DNA of 32,000 bases. It comes from Pseudomonas aeruginosa (GTDB taxonomy: Bacteria > Pseudomonadota > Gammaproteobacteria > Pseudomonadales > Pseudomonadaceae). Numbering within the stretch: position 1 is the stretch's first letter; each line of letters opens with the position of its first letter. Shown here piece by piece: positions 9,075-16,742 of the stretch. The stretch covers positions 1,320,001 to 1,352,000 of the forward strand of contig NZ_LN831024.1 in the NCBI RefSeq assembly GCF_001457615.1, read 5' to 3'. The notes under the pieces were generated by a model. That model did not search any database. It saw only the letters and a list, made by a program, of their open reading frames with translations, and had not been told where the DNA came from. Made by a program: the position numbers and the translations under genes.

Positions 9075-10781
9075 ATGCAAAGACTGTCGCGTATCGGCCG
9101 CAACACCCTCGCCGTCTCCGTTTCCACCTTGCTCCTCAGCGCCTGCAACCAGGGCGACGATGCGCCGAAGCCTGCGGCGGTCGCGCCGCAACCGGCCGCA
9201 CCGAGCATGGCTGCACTGAGCATCCCGCTATGCCTCAACGGCCAGTGCGCGGTGATCGACCAGGACGCCAAGCTGCTCGTGCCGTTCGACAACGACTACG
9301 ACAATATCGTCGCCAGCGCCTACCAGGGCACCCTGATGGCGGCGCGCGAGGAGCGCTGGAACCTGATCCAGGCGAAGGACGGCAAGGTGTTGCGCGACGA
9401 TATCGGCGAAGCCCTGTCGCTGCTCACCCCCAACCTCTATGGCTTCGTCCGCGATGGCAAGTACGGCGTGGTCGACGGCCAGGGCAAGGAAGTCCAGGCG
9501 CCGCGTTTCGACGACATCTACCCCAACAGTGCCAACGAATTCATCATCTACGAGATCGATGGCAAGCGCGGCATCCTCGATGCCAAGGGCAAGCAGCTCA
9601 CCGAGGCGCTCTACGACACCACCCTGGTCAACGGCAGCGTCGCCGAACACGGCGGCTTGATCAGCGCCGAGCGTGGCGAGGAGAAGTGGATCATCAACCT
9701 CGCTACCGGCGAACAGAAGGCCGTGGCCTACGAGAGCCTGGGCGACCTCCACGACGGCGTGATGAGCGCCAGCGTCATCGGCAAGGGCTCCCAACTGGTG
9801 GATGCCAAGGGCGACGTGGTCGGTGACGGCAAGAGCTACGATTACCTGGGCACCCCGGCCAACGGCCTGGTCGCGTTCCGCGAGAAGTACGACAGCCCCT
9901 GTGGCTACCTCGACTACCAGGGCAAGGTGGCGATCGCCGCCCAGTTCGCCGGTTGCGGCGCCTTCGGCAAGCAGGGTGGGCTGGCCCAGCAGCGCATGGA
10001 AGATGGCTCGTCGGGCAAATACGGCCTGATCGATCGCAGCGGCGCCTGGAAGGTGCAGCCGCAGTACGATTCGGCCGACAGCGCCGGCCTCACCGCGCTT
10101 GGCTACACCGTCGACGTGCCCGGCCTGGCTGCCGTCGGCGTGAGCACCGGCCTGTTCAGCGCCGACTTCGGCATCTTCAACCTCGACGAAGGCAGCGAGT
10201 GGGTGAAGCCGGGTTATGCGCAGATCGGCGCGCTGGGCAACGACCTGTTCGTCGTGGCGAAGAAGGGCGGGCCGCAGAAGACCGTCAGCTTCATGGGTTC
10301 GGAAAGCCAGGTGCCGGTGGTGGGCCTGATGGACCGCAGCGGCAAGATGCTGCTGGAGCCGGGCGAACTGATCAGCATCCAGTCTGCGTATGACGGTCGT
10401 TTCCTGGAAGGTCTCGACGGTATGGACAACGCTGCCCACACCGTGTTGCTCGATCGCCAGGGACGCACGCTGGTTCCAGCGCTCTGGCAGAAGCTGGAGG
10501 TGAATCCGCAGCAGGGTTACATCCTGGGCTACGAAGTCAGCGGCACTGGCGACGAGGCGACGGAAACCTTGCGCGCACTGTACGACCTGAACGGCAAGCC
10601 GCGCTTCACCGTGGCCACCACCGATTGCGGCGCCGAACAGTTGCTCGACGGCAATGGCAAGGCGATCTGGCCGCAGGACCCGACCCCGTATTGCCAGTCG
10701 GACGACGAGCAGGACGACGAAGGCGAGCCGGAGCAGGAGCCGGCGCCCGTCGAAGAGAGCGAGGAAACCAGCGAGAGCTGA
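9075..10781 (+). CDS. WG-repeat (KWG-like) lipoprotein with an acidic C-terminal tail, function unknown
   Basis: Starts MQRLSRIGRNTLAVSVSTLLLSAC (lipobox LSAC, Asn at +2). It has repeated GKYGVVDxxGK / GKRGILDAKGK / GKYGLIDRSG units typical of WG beta-repeat proteins. The last ~30 residues are D/E-rich. It is the real gene inside the spurious 1182-aa track ORF. Confidence 0.85.
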   Translation: MQRLSRIGRNTLAVSVSTLLLSACNQGDDAPKPAAVAPQPAAPSMAALSIPLCLNGQCAVIDQDAKLLVPFDNDYDNIVASAYQGTLMAAREERWNLIQAKDGKVLRDDIGEALSLLTPNLYGFVRDGKYGVVDGQGKEVQAPRFDDIYPNSANEFIIYEIDGKRGILDAKGKQLTEALYDTTLVNGSVAEHGGLISAERGEEKWIINLATGEQKAVAYESLGDLHDGVMSASVIGKGSQLVDAKGDVVGDGKSYDYLGTPANGLVAFREKYDSPCGYLDYQGKVAIAAQFAGCGAFGKQGGLAQQRMEDGSSGKYGLIDRSGAWKVQPQYDSADSAGLTALGYTVDVPGLAAVGVSTGLFSADFGIFNLDEGSEWVKPGYAQIGALGNDLFVVAKKGGPQKTVSFMGSESQVPVVGLMDRSGKMLLEPGELISIQSAYDGRFLEGLDGMDNAAHTVLLDRQGRTLVPALWQKLEVNPQQGYILGYEVSGTGDEATETLRALYDLNGKPRFTVATTDCGAEQLLDGNGKAIWPQDPTPYCQSDDEQDDEGEPEQEPAPVEESEETSES

Positions 10782-10833
10782 GTTCCCCGAGCGCGTCCGT
10801 CCCTTGCGGCGGGCGCGCGGTTCCGCTGTTTCG

Positions 10834-10852
10834 CCGTGGCTGCTGGCCACGG
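10834..10852. terminator. Hairpin between convergent genes (possible terminator, no U tract)
   Basis: CCGTGGC-TGCTG-GCCACGG sits in the 78-bp gap between stops at 10781 (+) and 10860 (-). Confidence 0.3.
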
Positions 10853-10859
10853 TCTCCCC

Positions 10860-11663
10860 TCACTGGCGGTGCCAGAAGTCCGAATACTCCTCTAACGGGT
10901 AGCGCTCGCCGTCATAGCGCAGCGTGCGCTTCACCGTGCGCAAGGGTTTGCCGTTCTCCGTTTCGCCGTCGCTGACCCGCGAGGTGATGACCAGGTCGGC
11001 AAAGCCGTTGGAGCGTCCGCGGCCGAGTTCCAGGGTCAGGTGCGAGACTTCCTGTTCGAACCCGGGCTCGGCGGAGCAGACCGAGCCTTTCAGCGTCCTC
11101 CACTGGTCCAGGTAGGTATTGAGCACCGGCCGCAGCTTGCCTTCGCCGGCCGGCACCACCAGGGTCAGCAGGTTGTCGAAGCCGGCTTCCGGACAACTGG
11201 CGCCACGCGCCACGCTATGGAATACCACGCCGAAGGCGCGCACCGTCGGGCTCAGGCGATAGCGCGCGGTGTCCAGCCAGAGGCTGTCGCTGCCGACGGC
11301 GACGGAGGCGTCTTCTTCGAAGTCGCTGTCGTAGCGTTCGAGCAGCCTGCCGCTGCGGCTGTCGGCCTTGGCCAATAGCAGATGCGGGTGGCGTTCGCCT
11401 TCCACGGCGGTGTCGCCCGGATCCAGGTAGGCCATGGCGATCACCGTCTGCGCGGGGTCGTCCGGCCAGGGCTTGCAGGCCACGGCGAGGAACGGACCGG
11501 AAGATTCGTACGAAGGGGCTATCCAGCCATCGTGGCCGACCTGCCTGGCTACGGCGTCAAGCAGTCGCGACGCGCAGGGCTGCGGTTCGCGGGCTTCGGC
11601 CTGGCTGGCGAGTCCCAGCAGCAGGAGGCAGAGTCGGGCGGAGAGGCGGCGGTTACGGTCCAT
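10860..11663 (-). CDS. Secreted/periplasmic hypothetical protein
   Basis: 267-aa ORF from ATG 11663 (AAGGA upstream) with signal peptide MDRNRRLSARLCLLLLGLASQAEA. It has good GC3 bias and several Cys residues. No domain recognised. Confidence 0.75.
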   Translation of the reverse strand: MDRNRRLSARLCLLLLGLASQAEAREPQPCASRLLDAVARQVGHDGWIAPSYESSGPFLAVACKPWPDDPAQTVIAMAYLDPGDTAVEGERHPHLLLAKADSRSGRLLERYDSDFEEDASVAVGSDSLWLDTARYRLSPTVRAFGVVFHSVARGASCPEAGFDNLLTLVVPAGEGKLRPVLNTYLDQWRTLKGSVCSAEPGFEQEVSHLTLELGRGRSNGFADLVITSRVSDGETENGKPLRTVKRTLRYDGERYPLEEYSDFWHRQ

Positions 11664-11783
11664 GTGAAAAGAGTCCTTTGGCGGAGGCGGGCACGGAAGA
11701 CGCCCGGCGCTGCGGGACATTCTAGCGGCTGCGCGGACCTTGCGAAGCGGGCTGGCGGGGCGGACATATCGCGGCCGCGCTGC

Positions 11784-12425
11784 TCAGGCCAGGCCGTTTT
11801 CCCGGATGTAGATAAAGAGTCCGGCATTGCTGTCCAGGCCAAGCTTGCGCATGGCGCTGCTCTTTTGCGCGCTGATGGTCTGCTTGCTGCGGCACAGTCG
11901 GATGGCGATTTCCCCGACCGCCAGGCCGCTGCCGTACAGGCGCAGCACTTCCACTTCGCGCGGGGTGAGTTGTTCGAGGCTGGCCAGCGGCTTGCCGTGC
12001 TCGGCTTCGCCCACTTCCAGCAGGTGTGCGATGGAGCGCGAGATGAATGGTCGACGGCCGGCGTGGCGGATCGCCTTGGGCAGATCGTCGAGCATGCCGC
12101 GTTTGCTCACCAGGCCGTGAATGCCCAGCTTGAGCAGGGATGAAACGAGTGCCGGGTTGCCGAGCATGGTGACGACGATGATCGGCAGGTCCGGATAGCG
12201 CCGCCGGACCTTCTGCACCAGGCGCAAGCCGTCGGCCTGCTGGCTGCCGGGCATCATCAGGTCGGTGATCAGCAGGTCGCAGGGGTGCGCTTCGAGCTGC
12301 GCCAGCAAGCCATCGGCGTCCTGGGCCTGGGCGACGATCCGCAGGTCGTCGTACGCACTCAGCAGATAGCGCATGCCGATCAGGGTGAGGGCGTGGTCGT
12401 CGACGAGGATGACGCGTGTTTTCAT
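11784..12425 (-). CDS. NarL/FixJ-family two-component response regulator (REC + LuxR-type HTH), no adjacent kinase
   Basis: Motifs: MKTRVILVDDH..., the acceptor region DLLITDLMMPG, and C-terminal LTPREVEVLRLYGSGLAVGEIAIRLCRSKQTISAQKSSAMRKLG. Start is chosen at ATG 12425 rather than the track's TTG 12473. Confidence 0.88.
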   Translation of the reverse strand: MKTRVILVDDHALTLIGMRYLLSAYDDLRIVAQAQDADGLLAQLEAHPCDLLITDLMMPGSQQADGLRLVQKVRRRYPDLPIIVVTMLGNPALVSSLLKLGIHGLVSKRGMLDDLPKAIRHAGRRPFISRSIAHLLEVGEAEHGKPLASLEQLTPREVEVLRLYGSGLAVGEIAIRLCRSKQTISAQKSSAMRKLGLDSNAGLFIYIRENGLA

Positions 12426-12704
12426 GAAATCGAACCCGATCGAGGTGGAGGTTTCCGCAGCGGCTACCGGCAACGCCGGCAGGCGGATAATCCGCCAGGA
12501 GGCAGCTCCGGACGGGCTCGAATTCTAGCGATGGTGTCTGTCGGTTTAATCAGGACTTTTCTGAATGCTAGTAGGAAATTTCCTATGTGTTTTCCCTAGG
12601 TTATTTCGAGGGGAGGCCGAGAAACATAGGGTCTTTGAACGGCTTTCGTGGAGTAGGGGTTGAAATCGCTGTCAGTACATTTCTGTCAGTCTTGCTGGAC
12701 ATCG

Positions 12705-12748
12705 GAAGGGCGCGACGGCAGCGCGGGTTCCGCTGCCGTCGCCGTCCT
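12705..12748 (-). terminator. Long GC hairpin immediately after the spdH stop codon
   Basis: An 11-bp perfect stem CGACGGCAGCG (12713-12723) / CGCTGCCGTCG (12731-12741) with a 7-nt loop, extendable by the flanking GAAGG/CCTTC. No clear U tract follows. Confidence 0.45.
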
Positions 12749-14611
12749 TCAACCCAGTTCGCGGACTGCCCGCACCGCCTGGTCGATGGCGGCATGGGCG
12801 TAGGCATCCCAGGCCGCATCCGAGTTGGCGATGGCGACATTGCCGACCTTGCTTCGCGCCAGTTCCATCAGCGCTTCGCTTTCCGCCTCGTCGTCGTAGA
12901 GGGTATTCATGAAGTAGGAGTAGCCGTGCGACCAGCGGTTCACGGTGATGCCGGTGATGTCGCGGCGGTGGTCGAAGCCCGCCGGGCCGAGCATGGCCTG
13001 GAGCTGGTCGCGGATGTCCTTTTCCAGTTGCTCGAAGCTCATCGCGTAGAGCTTGCTGCGGCCTACGCGAGCCTGGGTGCGGGCGTCCATGCCGGCGTTC
13101 GGGGTGGTCGGCACGTAGACCATGTGCACGCCGATCGGCTGCCGCGGGTCGCGTGGATGCCGGTAGCTGCCGAGGTCGACCGGGAAGTCCAGCTTGATCC
13201 GCGAGTAGGGCAGGGTCGGCGCGTAGATCTCGTGGATGCCGAGGGTCTTCCAGGCCTGCCAGTTGCGCAGCAATACCTTGGTGTACACCAGCGGGAACTT
13301 GACGTTCTGGCTCAGCGCGTGGGCCTGCTCCTCGGAGAGGTCGCGCAGCAGGTACGGCACCATCATGTTGTAGCAGGCCATCACGCAGTGCTTGCCGCGT
13401 ACCCGGTGCAGGTGGCCGGCGCGGCTGTAGCCGACATCGACGCCGCCGGCGCGGTTGCGCACGCTGACGGCGGTGCTGTTCAGGCGCAGGCGCACCGGGT
13501 GCCCGGCGAGGTCCAGCTTCGAGTAGTCGAAGCGGGCCATGACGATGTCCTCCATGCCTCGGCCCGGCGCCACCGCGGGGATCAGGTCGCGCACCATGAG
13601 CCGAGCCAGCGAGGCGTTGCCGTCGGGGAAATGGTAGATGTACGGCTCGTCCATTTCCGCCTGGGCCTCCTCGCTGGGTTGCGGCAGGCCGAGGGCGTCG
13701 AAGCCGGGGAAGCCGGCGGCGTATGCGTCGGCCGCCGGCAGGGCGTCGGCGCCGAGGGCAGAGAAGTCGTTGCTGCGGCCCTGGAAGTACTTCACCGAGG
13801 TTTCCGAGAGCCCGACGTTCTTGAGCAGGTAGTCGCGGTAGCTGGTCTTCGCCAGGTAGGTTTCCTTCTCTTCCACGCTCTTGCCGGCAAGATAGTCGCG
13901 AGGTGACTCGTACAGCGCGATGAGCGCCTCCCGGTCTTCGCGGCTCAGCGGGAAGTCGCCGATGAAGGCGCGCCAGGAGCGGGCATTGAGACGATCGCGG
14001 GGGACCTCGTCGGCAACCATCGGCGTCGGGTCGCCGCTGACCAGCTTGTCCACGCCGAAGCTGGCCTTGTCGAAGAACACCGCGCGGGACAGGCCCAGGC
14101 CGGGGTAGAAGTCGGTGTCGAAGGCTGTCTCGAAGCGCTTGAGCTCGACGCCCAGGCGTTTCAGCAGGTGTTTGGCGTCTTCGCTATAGAGGGCGTTCGG
14201 CGATTGCAGCGACTCGCTGCCGCCGTAGCCGAGGATAGTGCGCCCGCCGGCCTGGAATTCGTTGCGCTTGGCATGGCCGCCGAAGTCGTCGTGGTTCTCG
14301 ATGACCAGGATGCGCGCCGCGGGGTGCCGTTCGCGATAGAACCAGGCGGCGGCGAGGCCGCTGATGCCGCCGCCGACCACCACCAGGTCGTATTCCTCTT
14401 CGATTGGCAGGTGGTCGACATCGAAGGTCTTCTTCTCCCAGCCCATCTGGTGTGCGACTTCGAAGGCGCCCGGATGGCTACCGCGCAGGCCGGTGAGCGC
14501 GGGCGGATAGTAGCGGCCGCCGGGGGCGGCGCGGAGGATCTCGGCGGGGGTCAGGCCTGCGGCGATGGTCAGGGCTACGCCGTTCAGGAAGTCGCGGCGG
14601 GAGATGGTCAT
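12749..14611 (-). CDS. spdH: Spermidine dehydrogenase SpdH (FAD/heme flavoprotein) with a twin-arginine signal
   Basis: 620-aa protein from ATG 14611 (AAGGA upstream). It has Tat motif MTISRRDFLNGVALTIAAG and dinucleotide fold YDLVVVGGGISGLAAAWFY. Recognised as SpdH. The track start 14659 is over-extended. Confidence 0.9.
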   Translation of the reverse strand: MTISRRDFLNGVALTIAAGLTPAEILRAAPGGRYYPPALTGLRGSHPGAFEVAHQMGWEKKTFDVDHLPIEEEYDLVVVGGGISGLAAAWFYRERHPAARILVIENHDDFGGHAKRNEFQAGGRTILGYGGSESLQSPNALYSEDAKHLLKRLGVELKRFETAFDTDFYPGLGLSRAVFFDKASFGVDKLVSGDPTPMVADEVPRDRLNARSWRAFIGDFPLSREDREALIALYESPRDYLAGKSVEEKETYLAKTSYRDYLLKNVGLSETSVKYFQGRSNDFSALGADALPAADAYAAGFPGFDALGLPQPSEEAQAEMDEPYIYHFPDGNASLARLMVRDLIPAVAPGRGMEDIVMARFDYSKLDLAGHPVRLRLNSTAVSVRNRAGGVDVGYSRAGHLHRVRGKHCVMACYNMMVPYLLRDLSEEQAHALSQNVKFPLVYTKVLLRNWQAWKTLGIHEIYAPTLPYSRIKLDFPVDLGSYRHPRDPRQPIGVHMVYVPTTPNAGMDARTQARVGRSKLYAMSFEQLEKDIRDQLQAMLGPAGFDHRRDITGITVNRWSHGYSYFMNTLYDDEAESEALMELARSKVGNVAIANSDAAWDAYAHAAIDQAVRAVRELG

Positions 14612-14932
14612 GGGAAGTCCTTTGCGAGGCAGTGGGTGGCTCGGGGGAGCCATGTTCACAGATTGCTGTTGCGAATGCGCGCGGAGCGGCTGGCGTCGGA
14701 CGCCGACCCGCAGTCGCGGGCGGGCGCGGAGTTTAGAGGGCCATGCCGGCGCGTCGAAGGGCTTTCTGCTGGCACTAGGCCTCTATCTGGAGAAATGTGA
14801 CATGTGTCGCGCTTTGCCACGGTGTCCGGGGAGGCCGGCAATATCTCGAAGCAAACTCCCGGCGGGCAGCGCGGACGCGAAGGGCTAGAGTCGGTCGAAT
14901 CCGGTTGTTACCGAACGTCCTGGAGGTTCCTC

Positions 14933-15628
14933 ATGAATACCCGTGGTTTGCTCGACCAATTGCTCAAGTCCGGGCAGGAAATGTTGCAGAACAAGTCCGG
15001 CGGCAAGCCCGGCGCCAGCGGCGGCGGACAGCTCGGCAGCCTGCTTTCCGGCGCCGGCGGCGGAGCCCTGGCGGCCGGCGCCATCGGCCTGCTGCTGGGA
15101 AACAAGAAGGCGCGCAAGTTCGGCGGCAAGGCGATCACCTACGGCGGCCTCGCCGCGCTCGGGGTGATCGCCTACAAGGCCTACAACAACTGGCAGCAGC
15201 AACAGAACGGCGCCGCGCCGCAGGCGCAGCCGCAGACCGTCGACCGCCTGCCGGAAGCCCAGGCCGAAGTGCATAGCCACGCGATCCTCCAGGCCATCGT
15301 CGGTGCGGCCAAGGCCGACGGCCACATCGACGAGCGCGAACGGCAGATGATCGAAGGCGAGGTGGCCAAGCTGACCAGCGACCGCGAGGTGCAGGGCTGG
15401 CTGGAGCGCGAGCTGAACAAGCCGCTGGACCCGGCCGAGATCGCCCGTGCCGCGAGCACCCCGGAGATCGCCGCGGAGATGTACCTGGCCAGCCTGCTGA
15501 TGGTCGACGAGGAAAGCTTCATGGAGCGCTCCTACCTCGAGGAGCTGGCGCGGCAGCTGCGCCTGGAACCCTCGTTCAAGCTGGAGCTGGAGAACCAGGC
15601 CAGACAGGCGCTGCAACGCCTGGCCTGA
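14933..15628 (+). CDS. DUF533 / TerB-like (YebE family) inner-membrane protein
   Basis: 231-aa ORF from ATG 14933 (GGAGG 6 nt upstream) with a Gly/Ala-rich TM segment GALAAGAIGLLLG. The C-terminal domain contains AILQAIVGAAKADGHIDERERQMIEGE, typical of the TerB-like fold. Confidence 0.8.
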   Translation: MNTRGLLDQLLKSGQEMLQNKSGGKPGASGGGQLGSLLSGAGGGALAAGAIGLLLGNKKARKFGGKAITYGGLAALGVIAYKAYNNWQQQQNGAAPQAQPQTVDRLPEAQAEVHSHAILQAIVGAAKADGHIDERERQMIEGEVAKLTSDREVQGWLERELNKPLDPAEIARAASTPEIAAEMYLASLLMVDEESFMERSYLEELARQLRLEPSFKLELENQARQALQRLA

Positions 15629-15664
15629 GACGGCGGAGCGTCGTTCCGCGGATAACCGCCGCCA

Positions 15665-16570
15665 TCATGGCGGCGGCGTTGTCGAAGGGCCGAGCAGAAC
15701 CTCTCGCTCGCGCTGGCACAGCTCCAGCAGGAAGTCCCAGACCACCCGCAGGCGCACCGAGCGGTGCAGCTCCCGCCGGGTGCTCATCCAGTACTCGCGC
15801 TGGATGCTTTCCTCGGGCAGCACCGGTACCAGCAACGGATCGCGGCTACCCATGAAGTGCGGCAGGATCGCCAGGCCGATGCCGGCCTGTGCCGCCTGCT
15901 GCTGGGCGACCACGCTGGTGCTGCGGAACACGACCTGCGGGTGGCGGCAGAAACTGTGGTGGAACATCAGTTCCTGGCTGAACAGCAGGTCGTCGACGTA
16001 GCCGATCCACTGGTGCCTGCCGAGGTCGTCGCGGTCGCGCAGCGGCGGCGCCTGTTCCAGGTAGGCGGGGCTGGCGAACAACGCCAGGCGATAGCGGGTC
16101 AGCAGGCGGGTGATCACCAGGTCGGCGCTCGGCCGGTCGAGGGAGATGGCGATGTCCGCTTCGCGGTTGGTGATGCTGACGAAGCGCGGCACCGAGACCA
16201 GCTCGACCTCCAGGCCCGGGTAGTGGCGCATCAATTGCGCCAGGCGCGGAGCGAGGAAGACGCTGCCGAGGCCTTCGGTGACGCCGATGCGGATCTGCCC
16301 CAGCGGCGAGATGCTCTGGCTCATTTCTTCCTGGGCGAGCAGCGCGGTGTTCTCCATCGCCTCGGCGTGCTTGAGCAGCGCCTGGCCGGCCGGAGTCAAC
16401 TGGTAGCCGCCGGTGTGCTGGGCGAACAGTTGGGTGCCGAGGTCGCGCTCGATGTTCTCGATGTGCCGGGCCACCGTGGCGTGAGTGGTGCCGAGACGCT
16501 TGGCGGCGGTCAGCAGGCGACCGCTGCGCTGCAACTCGAGGAAGAAACGCAGGTCATTCCAGTCGAACAT
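15665..16570 (-). CDS. LysR-family transcriptional regulator
   Basis: 301 aa with N-terminal HTH MFDWNDLRFFLELQRSGRLLTAAKRLGTTHATVARHIENIERDLG and a LysR substrate-binding body. It is divergent from the oxidoreductase gene. Confidence 0.92.
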   Translation of the reverse strand: MFDWNDLRFFLELQRSGRLLTAAKRLGTTHATVARHIENIERDLGTQLFAQHTGGYQLTPAGQALLKHAEAMENTALLAQEEMSQSISPLGQIRIGVTEGLGSVFLAPRLAQLMRHYPGLEVELVSVPRFVSITNREADIAISLDRPSADLVITRLLTRYRLALFASPAYLEQAPPLRDRDDLGRHQWIGYVDDLLFSQELMFHHSFCRHPQVVFRSTSVVAQQQAAQAGIGLAILPHFMGSRDPLLVPVLPEESIQREYWMSTRRELHRSVRLRVVWDFLLELCQREREVLLGPSTTPPP

Positions 16571-16742
16571 GGGGAGCGCCTTCTGCCGGGCCGAGGGGGG
16601 GGCTGTTAGAAAACGAACAATAGCTGCCCCGAAACGTTTGTTTTTTTATCGCGAATGAACGACTAGCCTCAAGCCGTTCGAGACTTGCCAGTCATCCGCA
16701 GGTCCGACGGCCCATCACAAGAACGACAAGACGAGGCTCGCC

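Noticed and set aside
7233-10781. 1182-aa ORF, the longest in the track
   Set aside because: It is a chimera. Its first ~400 codons are an out-of-frame read through the MFS gene (Arg/Pro/Gly-rich nonsense). The middle is antisense to the FKBP PPIase gene and to intergenic DNA. Only the last 568 codons, from ATG 9075 with a lipoprotein signal, look like a real protein.
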